The notes: a model not told the origin generated them from the sequence alone. A stretch of DNA of 64,000 bases from an uncultured Mycoplasmatales bacterium (GCA_964485375.1 CAZAJD010000001.1:25271-89270); one strand, 5' to 3'; shown: positions 11,673 through 23,910, counted from the first letter of the stretch. Numbers and translations are program-made.

Positions 11673-12623
11673 ATGCATAAAAATAATGTACATAAATCAG
11701 TTTTATTAAAAGAATCAATTGATTTATTAAATATTAAGAAAAAAGGCGCGTATGTTGATTGTACATTAGGTTATGCAGGGCATAGTTTACAATTATTGAA
11801 TCAATTAACTAATGAAGGTAAACTTTTTTGCTTTGAACAAGATAATCTAGCAATTGAATATTCTCAAAAAATCTTATCTAAGACTAAGAAAAAAAATTTT
11901 CAAATTATTCATTCTAATTTTAAAAATTTAAAATCTGAATTAGCGCTATTAAAAATTAATAAAGTAGATGGTATATTATATGATTTAGGTGTATCTTCTC
12001 CTCAAATAGATAATCCAAGAAGGGGATTTAGTTATCATAAAGAAGGTAATTTAGATATGCGAATGGATAGTGAAAGGGAATTAACAGCACATATAATTGT
12101 AAATACATATTCTTTACAAGAACTTTCAGAAATATTTAGTAAATACGGTGAAGAAAAATATGCATATTTAATAGCGAAAAAAATTATTAAATGTCGAAGT
12201 ATTAAAGAAATTAATACTACTTTAGAACTTGTAGATATTATTAAACAAGCTTTACCAAGTAAAATATTACGTAAAAATAAGCATCCTGCTAGAAAAACTT
12301 TTCAAGCTTTGAGAATAGCAGTTAATAACGAATTGAATAATTTAAAAATTTCACTATCTCAATCACTATCTTTATTAAATAATGGTGGAAGAATAGTAGT
12401 TATAAGTTTTCATTCATTAGAAGATAAAATTGTAAAAAAAACCTTTAAAAATGCAATTCAAGATCCTAACTGAAAGATAAACTCAAAATTACCAATACAA
12501 AGTAACTGAAAACCATCGTTTAGAATTATTAGCAAGAAAGTATTAAAACCTTCAGAAGAGGAAATACTTGATAATAAACGCTCAAGAAGTGCTGTATTAA
12601 GATGTATTGAAAAAATAGCCTAG
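11673..12623 (+). CDS. rsmH: 16S rRNA (cytosine1402-N4)-methyltransferase
   Basis: ORF 11673-12473 extends through two TGA to TAG 12621-12623. RsmH/MraW motifs: HKSVLLKESIDLL, YVDCTLGYAGHS, DLGVSSPQIDNPRRGFSY, LDMRMD, SFHSLEDKIVK. Confidence 0.9.
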
Positions 12624-12654
12624 TTTTTAATTAAACGAAAGGATAAAAGTTATT

Positions 12655-13809
12655 ATGAAAGATAATATTTATGCAACATTAGAAATCAAAGAAGATTATT
12701 TAATTTTTTTAATTGTTCATTATATCGATAATTGTTTGAATGTTATTTATCGTCAAATTAAATCTGATACTTTTACCAAAAATGGAATAATTTTAAATAC
12801 TCATAAAGTAATAAAATTGATTTCAAGGTTTCAAGATGATGCTAAATCAAAATTACATATGGAAGTAAAAGATTTAAAAGTTGGTATTATAATGCCTTCT
12901 AATAATCTTAGCATTCAACAAACACTTAATAGTAAACAGTTTCCTAAAAATTATAAAATTAATTTTAAAGATATAAAAGAGTTAAGGAAGACTGCTAAAG
13001 AATCATTTTTACTCCCAAATGAAAAAATATTATTTTTAAAAGAATATGAATTTGTTATTAATAATGATAAAAATACTGTCCAATATAAACCTCCTATTGG
13101 GAAAACTGCCACTCATTTACTGGTAAGATATTTAATTTATATTATTGATATTGAAATTTATAATTCTTATAAAAAAGTTTTAGATGCAACAAATATAAAA
13201 GTACGTAATTTCTTTCCAAGAGGGTATGCAATCGGATTAAGAACAATAATGAATAATCCTAAATCTGGTTCGGTTGTAATTGATTGAAACTTTGAATCAG
13301 TAACTGTTAATTTATTTATAAAACAAGTATTATGCAAAATTCAAAGTTATGATAATTTGGGTATAAATACACTTTTAAATAAATTAAAATCAGTGACTTT
13401 AGAAAATGATAATGTAATTAAAACTTATTTATTTAAATTATTAAGTTTTCATAATTTAGATGATATTGATGAAGAAAAATATATCAATAATAATGAATTT
13501 GCAAAAATATCTTTTAAAAAATTGAAAGAAGAATGCATATCCTATTGCAAAAATGTATTTTTTAGTTTAAATAATACTATAGAATCTTTAGTAGAAAAAG
13601 ATGCTTTTCTTAAAAGTAATATAATTATTTCAGGATCAATATTAAAAATATCTAATTTTAAAGAAATTATTGCTAAATATTCTAAATATGATTTACTTTT
13701 ATATAATTCTAGTGTTATTGGATTACAAAATTCTTGAAGCATTGCTTTGCTAGGAAATATATATTATCAAGTAATAATGGATAAAAATAAAAATAGTGAA
13801 ATTATGTAA
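12655..13809 (+). CDS. Divergent FtsA-like cell-division protein
   Basis: ORFs 12655-13287 and 13357-13737 are in the same frame and join via TGA; TAA at 13807-13809. The call rests on position between rsmH and ftsZ, its size (~384 aa) and weak actin-fold-like patterns. Sequence is highly diverged. Confidence 0.5.
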
Positions 13810-13921
13810 TTTCTTAAAAGAATAATATAATATATTTAATATATAATAATATATAATAAGTAAAAAATGTATAATTAATTTTTATATGTTAAAAATAATA
13901 GAGATCTTCAAGGTGGAAAAT

Positions 13922-15094
13922 ATGACTAATATTTATAAACATCAAATAGCCTCAATAAAGGTTATAGGTGTTGGTGGAGCAGGTAACAATGCTATAAATC
14001 GTATGATGGATGCTGGTGTTGACGGTGTAGAATTTGTTGTTATGAATACAGATGCACAAGTAATTAATATGTCTAAAGCTCAAACTAAATTAGTTTTAGG
14101 AAAACAATTATCTAAAGGTTTAGGAGCAGGAGCAAATCCTGAAATTGGACGGGAAGCTGCTTTAGAATCGTTAAAAGATATTAAAGATATCTTAATTGGC
14201 ACAGATATGCTTTTCATTGCTGCTGGTATGGGTGGTGGAACTGGAACAGGTGCTGCCCCAGTTATTGCAAAAGTAGCAAATGATTTAGGAATCTTAACAG
14301 TTGCAATTGTAACTAAGCCATTTCAATTTGAAGGGCGTATGCGTAATATACATGCAATTACTGGTGTCCAGGATTTACAAAAAAATGTAGATTCATTAAT
14401 TACTATTTCTAATGATCGATTACTAGAAGTTATTGGTGGTGTCCCTTTAAAAGATTCTTTTAAAGAAGCTGATAATATTTTACGTCAAGGTGTTCAAACT
14501 ATAACAGATTTAATCGCAGTACCTGCTTTAATTAATTTAGATTTTGCAGATATAAGAACAGTACTATTAAATAAAGGAAGCGCTCTTTTTGGAATTGGTA
14601 TTGGTTCTGGTGAAAATAAATCTATTGAAGCAGCAAATAAAGCGATTAATTCCCCTTTATTGGAAGCTTCATTCAAAGGTGCAAAAAATGCTATTGTAAA
14701 TGTTAGTGGTGGTAATACTATGACTTTATATGATGCTAATGATGCTGTAGATATTATTAGACAAGCAGCAGATTGTGAAATAAATATTATTTTTGGTGTT
14801 GCTGTTAATGAACACTTAAATGATCAAATGATTGTAACAGTTATCGCAACTGGATTTGATAATGCTGAATTTAAACCTGATGGTGATAAGGATATTATTG
14901 CTTCCAATAATAAAATAAATCTTTCTTCAAATATTCCAAATAATGGGAATCTTGAATTTGCGAAATATTCAAAATTAGAATCATGAACTAAAAATATTAA
15001 TAATAATTTTGTGCAAAATGAAAATAGAAATAATCAAAATAATACTTCAGATAATAAACCAAAACAAAAATCTCCTTATTTTAGAAAATGATAA
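13922..15094 (+). CDS. ftsZ: Cell division GTPase FtsZ
   Basis: AAGGTGGA precedes ATG 13922 (in frame with the track start at 13886). Motifs: IKVIGVGGAGNNAINRM, the tubulin signature GGGTGTGAAPV and NTDAQ. It reads through TGA 14984-14986 and a penultimate TGA to TAA 15092-15094. Confidence 0.95.
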
Positions 15095-15103
15095 TTGCTA
15101 AGT

Positions 15104-15496
15104 ATGGTAGATGAATATAAAATAAATTTGATTAATCAATTGAATAGCACATTAAAAAAAATGCATGATGAAAATTTAAATTTAAAAACAGAAATATCAA
15201 AAATAAGACAAGATAAATTATACAAAAAAACTATTAAAAATAAAGTTCAAAATCCCAATGATAGTACAGCAATTAACATTGTAATGGAAGCAATAGATTT
15301 TGCTTATAATTTCAAAGACAGTGTTTCTGATTTATTAAAAAATATGGAAAATTTTAAAACAGACCCTCGTAAATTATTAGACTTGATTGAAGAGTTTTTA
15401 ATTCAAAATAATAAAATATACTCTTTTAAAAATCCAGATAGTAGAGATAATTTAAAAGAAGAAGTGAAATCAAAAATTTTACAAAAAATAAATTAA
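15104..15496 (+). CDS. Hypothetical coiled-coil protein downstream of ftsZ
   Basis: ATG 15104 within track ORF 15095-15496. Heptad-rich, no TM segment; no SepF/ZapA motif recognised. Confidence 0.45.
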   Translation: MVDEYKINLINQLNSTLKKMHDENLNLKTEISKIRQDKLYKKTIKNKVQNPNDSTAINIVMEAIDFAYNFKDSVSDLLKNMENFKTDPRKLLDLIEEFLIQNNKIYSFKNPDSRDNLKEEVKSKILQKIN

Positions 15497-15524
15497 TGGC
15501 AGTAAAGAATAAAAAATTAATTTT

Positions 15525-15549
15525 AAATGCTTATTATAAGCATTTTTTT
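15525..15549 (+). terminator. Rho-independent terminator ending the rsmH-ftsZ cluster
   Basis: aaatgctta (15525-15533) / taagcattt (15537-15545) with a 3-nt loop, followed by tttt. Confidence 0.55.
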
Positions 15550-15606
15550 ATTATAATTTTTTAAAAATATTAATTAAAATAAAAAGCAAGGAGCAATATA
15601 TATAAA

Positions 15607-18333
15607 ATGGATTATAAAAATACACTATTAATACCAAAAACTGATTTTAATATGAAAGCAAAACTAAATATTAAGGAACCTCAAGTTTATAAAACTTGAC
15701 AACAAAACGATATTTATAATAAAATGCTGAATCTTAATAAAAATAATAAAAAATTTATTTTACATGATGGGCCACCATATGCTAATGGCAATATCCATGT
15801 TGGGCATGCATTAAATAAAATTTTAAAAGATTTTATTATTAGGTATCATTTATATTCTGGATTTTATTCACCATTTATTTGCGGATGAGATACTCATGGA
15901 CTACCGATTGAAAATGCAGTCTTGAAGCATAAACATAATCGTAATAAGAAATTGTCTAGAACAGAAATTTGAGATTTATGTTCTGAATATGCATTAAAAC
16001 AAGTAGATAATCAAATAGAACAATTTTCTAGATTAGGATTATTTACTGATTTTAATAAAAAGTACTTAACTTTAAATCATGATTTTGAAATGCAACAATT
16101 AAATCTATTTTTGAAAATGGTAAAGAAAAATTTAGTTTATCGTGATATGAAACCAATTTATTGATCTCCTTCGCTTGCAAGTGCATTAGCAGAAGCAGAA
16201 ATAGAATATAAAGAATTAAAAAGTCCTTCTATATATGTAACTTTTACAGTAAAAGATGGCAAAAACATTATGCCGAAAAATAGTAAAATTATAATTTGAA
16301 CTACGACTCCTTGAACGATTCCTGCAAATCGACTTTTAGCTATTGGAATTAATATTGAATATTCATTGTGTAAAATTAACAAAGAAACTTATTTAGTTGC
16401 TACTGATTTAATAAAAAAAATTGCCGATAAATTGGATTGAAAAGATTATAAAGTGATTAAAAAAATTATAGGTCAAAAATTAGTTAATATTACTACTTAT
16501 CATCCAATTTATAATTATATTTCTAAAGTAGTAGTTGGACATCATGTAACTACTGAAGCTGGAACTGGTATTGTCCATATTGCACCAGGATTTGGTGAAG
16601 ATGATTATATTATTGCTAAAAATAATAATATACCTATTTTTGTACCTATTGATGATAATGGTAAATATACTAAAGAAATAAAAGATGATGATTTAGAAGG
16701 TATTTATTATGATAATGCAAATAAAATTATCAGTGATAAATTACTAAAAAATAATAGTTTATTAAAATTAGAATTTTTTAATCACTCATATCCTGTAGAT
16801 TGAAGAACAAAAAAACCAGTCATTTTTCGTGCTACTAAGCAATGGTTTGTATCTATCAAAAAAATTAAAAAAGATTTATTAAGCGAAATTGATAATGTTG
16901 TTTGAAATCAAACTTGATCTAAAAATAATATGCAAAATATGATTAAAGAGCGTAATGATTGATGTATTTCTAGGCAAAGATATTGAGGAATTCCAATAAT
17001 TTCATTTTATGATCAAAATATGGAACCACAATTTTCACCAGAAATTATAAGTTATGTTATTTCTAAAATTGCAAAAGAAGGTATCTCAATTTGATTTACT
17101 AAATCTAGTGATGAATTATTACCATTAAAATTTCGAAATAAAGGCTGAACAAAAGAAACTGATATTATGGATGTATGATTTGATAGTGGTTCTTCAAATA
17201 GGTATATATCCGAAGAATTTAAATTATCTTTACCCTTTGATTTATATTTAGAAGGAAATGATCAATTCAGAGGTTGATTTAACTCTTCATTAATTATAGG
17301 TGTTATAAATAATAATAAATCACCATATAAATCTTTATTAACACACGGATTTGTTACAGATAATAAAGGTTATAAGATGTCTAAATCATTAGGTAATGTA
17401 GTAGACCCTATTAAAATTTGTAATCAATATGGGGCTGATATATTACGTTTATGAGTTCTTTCTACAAATTATAATGATGATGTTCGTATTGGTGAAAATA
17501 TTTTAAAACAAATATCTGAATCTTATCGTAAAATTAGAAATACATTTAAATTTTTACTTGGAAATTTAAATGATTTTAAATATGAAAAAAATATTTTACC
17601 AATTACTAAATTATCTGAAGTAGATAAATATATTTTATTAAAGACTAATGACTTTTTATTAAAAGCACGTTCTTTATTTGAAAATTATAAATTTAATAAT
17701 TTTTATTTATTATTAATGAATTTTTTAACAAATACACTTTCAGCATTTTATTTAGATTTTATAAAAGATATTTTATATATTGAAACTATAGATAGTTTAA
17801 GAAGAAGACAAGTGCAAACTACACTTTTTTGAATTTTAGATAGTCTATTACAAATATTAAAACCTATTTTAGTGACTACTTGTGAGGAAGCTTATTCATA
17901 TTTTCCAAAGTTTAATAAAAAGGAATCAATTCATTTAGAAAAATTTAATTTTTATAAAATTGCAAATAATATTGAACTTATTGCGAAATGAGATAAAGTT
18001 ATAGAATTACGAGAAGTTGTTAATAGAGAATTAGAATTAGCAAGATCAGAAAAAATTATTGGGAAATCTTTAGAAGCGAAATTAACAATTTGTTTAAATG
18101 ATGAATATAAATTTTTAATGGAAATTAAGGATTTATCTCAAGTATTGATTGTTAGTGAAATAGAATTTATTGATAGTTCTTTAAATTTAAAAAGTACTAA
18201 AATTGGACATATATCAGTTGAATCTAAACAAGGTATTAAGTGTGCAAGATGCTGAATGATTGTTGATGTAGTAAAAAATGATGATATTTGCAAAAAATGT
18301 TATAATAATATTTTAATATTACAAAAAAAGTAA
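15607..18333 (+). CDS. ileS: Isoleucine--tRNA ligase
   Basis: AAGGAG upstream of ATG 15607. I read the whole frame by hand: roughly twenty in-frame TGA and no TAA/TAG until 18331-18333. HIGH ([11 protein letters not shown]) and KMSKS motifs are present, plus a C-terminal CxxC..CxxC. Confidence 0.95.
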
Positions 18334-18378
18334 TTATCTTAAATAAATAATGAGTATAATTATTCAAGAAGGTAATTA

Positions 18379-18936
18379 ATGAACATGGAAAATTTAAAAA
18401 AAAGAAATTTTAAAATTGTAAAATATTTTAAAACACATTATTATAATTGAAAATTTACTATATATATTATGTTTATTTTAGTATTTTCACTATTAATTAT
18501 TGATAATGCGACAAAAATTTATGCAATAAATCATTTGCCTAGTGATGGTACACCAATTAATTTTATACCAGGGTTTATTGATTGAGAATTAGTTAATAAT
18601 GCCGGAAGTGCTTATGGACATAATTCAAATCATTTAGGATTAGCTATTAGTCTTGCAATACTAGTGACTATTATCGTAGTTTGTTTCTTTATCTTTATGA
18701 ATGAACCGATGTACATTATTTCTCTTGGAGTAATACTAGGAGGAGATTTTGGTAATTTAATAAATCGAATTTGAAATAATGGAATGGTAACAGATTTCAT
18801 TTCTTGAAATGGGCATTTTATTTTTAACTTTGCAGATGCGTGTGTCAGTATTGGATTAGCTATGTTATTTATCTCAATTATAACAGTAGAGTTTATTTTA
18901 GAACCTAAGTATAAAAAGAGAGAATCGCATGATTAA
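18379..18936 (+). CDS. lspA: Lipoprotein signal peptidase II
   Basis: ATG 18379 to TAA 18934-18936 with five in-frame TGA. LspA motifs: VNNAGSAYG, VTDFISW, FNFADA. Four hydrophobic segments. Confidence 0.85.
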
Positions 18937-19846
18937 TTTTACAGCAACTAAAAGAGGACGAATAGATAAAATATTAGCGATTGAATTAAAAGATTATAAT
19001 ATGTCACGTACTTATATTCAAAATCTTATTCAAAATGGTAATATAAAAGTAAATAATAAAATTATTTCAAGCAACTATAATCTAAAAATTAATGATAAAT
19101 TAAGTATAATAATCCCAAAAAAAACAAATTTAGATTTAAAAGCTAAAGATATTAAATTTGATATTATTTATGAAGATAGCGATTTTGCAATTATTGATAA
19201 ACCTAACAATTTAGTAGTGCACCCTTCAAATGGGCATATGTCAATTTCATTAGTACATGGATTATTATATAGAATTAAAGATTTATCTGATATTAATGGT
19301 ATTATAAGACCAGGTATTGTTCATCGCATTGATAAAAAAACTACAGGTCTTTTAATTGTAGCTAAAAACAATAAATCACATGTATTTTTATCAAAGCAAA
19401 TTCAAGAAAAAAAAATTAAAAGATTTTATTATGCTTTAGTTCATGGGACATTTACTAATAAAACTGGGACAATAGATGCTCCAATTGGTAGAAATCCAAG
19501 TGACCGTAAAAAAATGACTGTGATAAATAAAAATTCTAAATCAGCAATTACAAAATTTATTGTTATAAAAACATTTACTAATTCTAGTTTGGTAGAATGT
19601 GAATTATTAACAGGGCGCACTCATCAAATTCGTGTACATTTTAAATATATAAATCATCCCTTGATAGGGGATAATGATTATGGATGACTATCTGATCAAA
19701 ATAATATATATGGACAATATTTACATGCTCATATGTTAAGATTAATCCACCCAAATACTAATAAAAAAATGGAGTTTAAAGCAAAATTACCAAAAGAATT
19801 TTTACAAAAAATTGATGAATTAGAAAAGGAGAAGTCAAAGATTTAA
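18929..19846 (+). CDS. rluD: RluA-family 23S rRNA pseudouridine synthase (RluD-like, S4 domain)
   Basis: ORF 18929-19687 extends through TGA to TAA 19844-19846 and overlaps the lspA stop by 8 nt. Motifs: HRIDKKTTGLLIVAKN, GRTHQIRVH. Confidence 0.85.
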
Positions 19847-21187
19847 ATGGAAAATAAAAATCCCAATTTTAAAGATATTATTAAAAAGATGGATATTGCT
19901 CTTTCTAAAAATGATGTTTATATTAAATATAATAAATATTATTGAAAAAAAGAAAACACAGTTTATTACTACAACACTAGTACAAAACATCATTTTCATA
20001 TTATTTGTATTACCGAATCACAAGATAATAAATTTAAATTTGATAATGAAATTATTAATAAAATTAAAAACAAAATTAATAAAGTTTATCAAAAATCTGA
20101 ATTTAAAATTTTAAAATTAGTTGTATCATCAGCTGATCCTCAAGTTAATGATTCTGATCCTTTAAATGTTATTGCATCTCTTTCATATTCAAAATGAGTT
20201 AATGATATTAGCGCAGTTTTACCTAATTTAGATTTTGAAATGGACTTTGATATTATGTCTGCTATATCTGCACAAAGAAATAAGTCAGGGGGTAAAAATA
20301 ATTTAAATGCAGATGAAGTAAAAACTTTTAAAAAACTAAAATCTTTTCAATACAAAACGCAGATTTCTAAATTACCAATCTTTACTACTTTATTTATTTT
20401 GACAATATTTTTACCATTGATAATTAGTTTTGTTTGATTTATTATTTCAAAAAATTTATCTTTTTCATTAAGTACAGGAAGTTTTTTACTTCTTTTTGGG
20501 GGATTAAATCACGATTTATTATTAGGTGCAAACCAATGATGAAGAATTATGGTTTATCCTTTTATAGAAAATGGATTTCTTTCAATTATTTTAAATGGGA
20601 TTTTATTTTTTATTTCACTTAGATATACTGAAGTTATTATTGGTAAATTAAATACTTTATTACTTTTATTATTTTATCCGATTTTAGGGATAATTTTTAC
20701 AATGGTTGATGCTAATTTAATTTTAGTAGGTCCATGAGTAATTTTTTCATTATTTTTAGGTGCAAATTTAATAGCAATATATAAGAAACATGATTATTCT
20801 TCATTATTAATTAAACCATTTTTAACAATTATGCTATTTTGAATAATTTTGTCTGGAATATTTTCTAATGGATTATTTTTTCTATTTTATATGATCCTAT
20901 CAATTTTAGTAGGTGCTTCATTTGGTTTATTAATTAATCATAATTATAAACAGATTTCCTATTTATTTTTTATTCCTATAGTTATATTGATTAGTATTGT
21001 TATTTCGATGATTGTTTTAGTGGTTTTAGAAGAAACTTCAAATCTTGTTCCTTCTATAAATAATGATGTTCTAGCAACAATATACCAATATGAAAATTGA
21101 CATTTAATGAAATCCGGCAGTTTTAATAATTTTGTAAATAATTATTATAAAAGTCCAGGTTATCCGCCGCCGCCATATTTTTATTAA
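19847..21187 (+). CDS. Rhomboid-like polytopic membrane protein with ~170-aa cytoplasmic N-domain; catalytic residues apparently not conserved
   Basis: ATG 19847 abuts the rluD stop. Frame-2 ORFs 20240-, 20549- and 20849- join via TGA; TAA at 21185-21187. GANQWWRIMVYPFIENGFLSIILNGILFFISLRYTEVIIG resembles the rhomboid TM2 block (WWR..T..F.H....H...N......G...E...G). Confidence 0.5.
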
Positions 21188-21219
21188 TTTAATTTTACTT
21201 CTATTAGAAAGGGAATAAT

Positions 21220-21708
21220 ATGCTAGAAGATAAAAATGTATTAACATGACATGAATATTTTTTATCTATTGCTTATGTATGTTCTAAAAGAAGCAAAGAT
21301 CCTAATACTAAAGTAGGAGTTTGTATTGTTGATGAAAATAATCGTATTGTTTCGACTGGGTATAATGGACTTGCTAAAGGTATTTTGGATAGTAGCATTT
21401 TTTGAAAACGAGAAGGTTTAATGAAAAATACTAAATATCCTTATATTATTCATGCTGAAATGAATGCACTAATTTTTGCTCAAAAAAATTTAAATAATAA
21501 TAAATTATATACTACACTTTTTCCTTGCTCAATATGTTCTAAATTAATAATTCAATCAGGTATTAAAAAAATTTATTATTTATCTGATAAATATAAAAAC
21601 AGTGAAGACATTAAGATTGCTAAATCAATGTTTGAAAGTGCTAAAGTGGATTTTAATTTTTATGATATTAAAATTAATTTTAAATTATCTAATCAAAATG
21701 ACAAATAA
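21220..21708 (+). CDS. comEB: dCMP deaminase (ComEB/Dcd-type zinc deaminase)
   Basis: ATG 21220 is in frame with ORF 21421-21708 via two TGA. Cytidine/dCMP deaminase zinc motifs: HAEMNAL and PCSICSKLIIQSGIKKIYY. Confidence 0.85.
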
Positions 21709-22054
21709 TATAAAAAATATTGGTATTGATATTGTAGAGAATCAGCGTATTTATAAAATATTTAAAAAGCATAAAAATCAATTTTTGAATAGAGTACTCC
21801 ATTTAGATGAAATTATTTTATTTAATTCCAAACCAAATTTATCTAAAAAAATTCAATTTTTATCTGGCCGTTGAGCAATTAAAGAAACTCTTTTTAAAAC
21901 TAATAATCATTTATATTCATACAAATTAATAAATATAAAATATGATAATACACATAAACTGATAGTTTATTTTTGTGACAAACTATTAGATAATTATCAT
22001 TCAAGTATCAGTCATGAAAATAAATATAGTGTAGCGGTAACAATAATTTATTAA
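21698..22054 (+). CDS. acpS: Holo-[acyl-carrier-protein] synthase
   Basis: ATG 21698 overlaps the deaminase end by 11 nt. Sequence: MTNNIKNIGIDIVENQRI..LSGRWAIKETLFK..SISHENKYSVAVTI; TAA at 22052-22054. Confidence 0.75.
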
Positions 22055-22128
22055 ATACATAATACGCATTTTTTTATCTTTTATTTTTGTTTACAGTAAA
22101 TAATATTACTAGAACAGGAGTGAATAAA

Positions 22129-22446
22129 ATGAATTATGTATTTTTAGTAGGCTCAGTTGATCAAAATCCTGAAATAATCCTACATAATAATAATCGTAAA
22201 AGTAAATTAATCAAATTTAGAATGAAAGTAGAGAAACCATATAAAGCGAAAAACGGTGAAATATTAGAGGACTTTGTTACTGTAAAAATTTGAAATAATA
22301 AAGTAGATGATATAGATACTATTTTAGAAGTAGAGAATATTATAGGTGTAAAAGGACATATAAGTTCTTATAAAGCAAAAGATTTAGAAAATACAGATAC
22401 CTTTTATAATGAAATTCTTGCAGATAAAATATTCTATATTTCCTAA
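22129..22446 (+). CDS. Short single-stranded DNA-binding (OB-fold) protein paralogue lacking the acidic C-terminal tail
   Basis: AGGAG at 22116-22120, ATG 22129, one TGA, TAA 22444-22446. MNYVFLVGSVDQNPEI..GEILEDFVTVKIWNNKV..GVKGHISSY follows the SSB pattern MN.V.L.GRL..DPE..DF..V..W....E......KG. It ends ..KIFYIS with no DDDLPF-type tip. Confidence 0.6.
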
Positions 22447-22541
22447 GATATTATTCTGCTATAAAGTTTTGGATTTCATAGATTATTAGTTATAATAATA
22501 AAAATATTTATTATTATTGATATTTAGAATGGAAAATTAAT

Positions 22542-23411
22542 ATGAAGCAATATCTAGAAATGGCAGAAACTGTGCTAAAAAAAGGTAGTTATAAATATGA
22601 TCGTACTAAAGTTGGTACGATTTCATATTTTGGGTATCAAATGAGATTCAATTTAAATGATGGCTTTCCACTTTTAACGACAAAGAAAGTTTTTTTTAAA
22701 GCAATAGTGCATGAATTAATTTGATTTATTTCAGGCAGTACTAATATTAAATATTTAGTTGATAATAATATTAATATTTGAAATGACTGACCATATAAAA
22801 ATTTTAAAAATAGTAAATATTATAAAAATGAAACTATGAGTGAATTTATTGAAAAAATTAAAAACAATCCTATTTTTGCTGAAAAATTTGGCGATTTAGG
22901 ACCAGTATATGGTAAACAATGAAGAAACTTTAATGGTGTAGATCAATTAAAAGAATTAATTTCTAATATCAAAACTAATCCTAATTCTCGTCGTTTAATT
23001 TTAAATGCATGAAATGTTGGAGAAATTAAAAAAATGGCATTACCTCCTTGTCATTTATTATGTCAATTTTATGTTAATAGTAATAATGAATTATCTTGTC
23101 AACTTTATCAAAGGAGTGCTGATATATTTTTAGGGGTACCTTTTAATATTGCATCTTATGCTCTTTTGACAATGATGATTGCAAAAGAATGTAATTTAAA
23201 ATTAGGAGAGTTCATTCATACATTAGGAGATTGTCATATTTATACAAATCATATTGATCAAATAAAATCTCAATTAAAAAGGGAACCTAAATCTTTATCA
23301 TCTATAATTTTAAATCCAAATATAAAATCTATTTTTGATTATAAGTTTAATGATATTAAATTGTTTAATTATGAGTCACATCCTCGTATTCAAGCTAGTA
23401 TAGCAGTTTAG
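22542..23411 (+). CDS. thyA: Thymidylate synthase (ThyA type)
   Basis: ORFs 22542-22724 and 23034-23411 are joined by in-frame TGA at conserved Trp positions (HELIW-FISG, NIW-NDW-PY, GKQW-RNF, LNAW-NV). The active site is [13 protein letters not shown]. Confidence 0.95.
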
Positions 23412-23412
23412 T

Positions 23413-23910
23413 ATGATAAAACTTATTTGAGCAATGGATAAAAATGGTATTATTGGGAAAAATAATAAACTTCCATGACGTATTAAAGAAGAATTACAAC
23501 ATTTTTATCGTGAAACTAAATTTAAGACAATTTTGATGGGCCGTAAAACTTATGAATCTTTACCAAATAAAAATTTAATAAATCGTAAAATAATATTAAT
23601 ATCTAGAAGTGATAAAAATTCAAAAGCATTAAATTCTATATTAGATAATCAAAATAGTAATGTAGTAGTAGTAAATAACTTAATTGATTTTTTGAAAAAA
23701 TATTATAATACAAAAGAAGATTTATATATATGTGGAGGAGCTAGTATTTATCAACAATCAATTCCTTTTGCAAATGAGTTAATAATTAGTGAGATAAAAA
23801 ATTCTTATGATGGGGATAGTGTATTTCCTAAGTTTGATATTACTAAATTTGAATTGTATAAAAAAATTGATTATAATGATTTTATTGTAAAATATTATAA
23901 AAAAATTTAG
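23413..23910 (+). CDS. folA: Dihydrofolate reductase
   Basis: ATG 23413 lies 1 nt after the thyA stop. [31 protein letters not shown]...ILMGRKTYESLP is the canonical DHFR N-terminus. Confidence 0.85.

Noticed and set aside
13810-13870. AT-rich quasi-repeat (ataatataatatatttaatatataataatatataataag) as a tandem repeat or variable-number locus
   Set aside because: There is no exact repeating unit; it is low-complexity TA-rich spacer. It is mentioned only as a possible promoter cluster in the dcw finding.
13886-13921. Upstream ATG 13886 as the ftsZ start
   Set aside because: The SD AAGGTGGA lies inside this extension, immediately before ATG 13922, and FtsZ homology starts after 13922. The 12 extra codons are probably not translated.
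19896-20114. Plus-strand track ORFs 19896-20114 and 20434-20622 (also 36448-36636 and 44960-45142)
   Set aside because: They are out of frame with, and fully inside, longer table-4 reading frames (rhomboid-like gene, cinA-like gene, topA) that carry the recognisable motifs.
21602-21697. The 5' part of track ORF 21602-21874, which starts with GTG and is shown as M
   Set aside because: This portion overlaps the conserved C-terminus of dCMP deaminase in another frame. AcpS homology (GIDIVE) begins right after the internal ATG 21698, which I used as the start.
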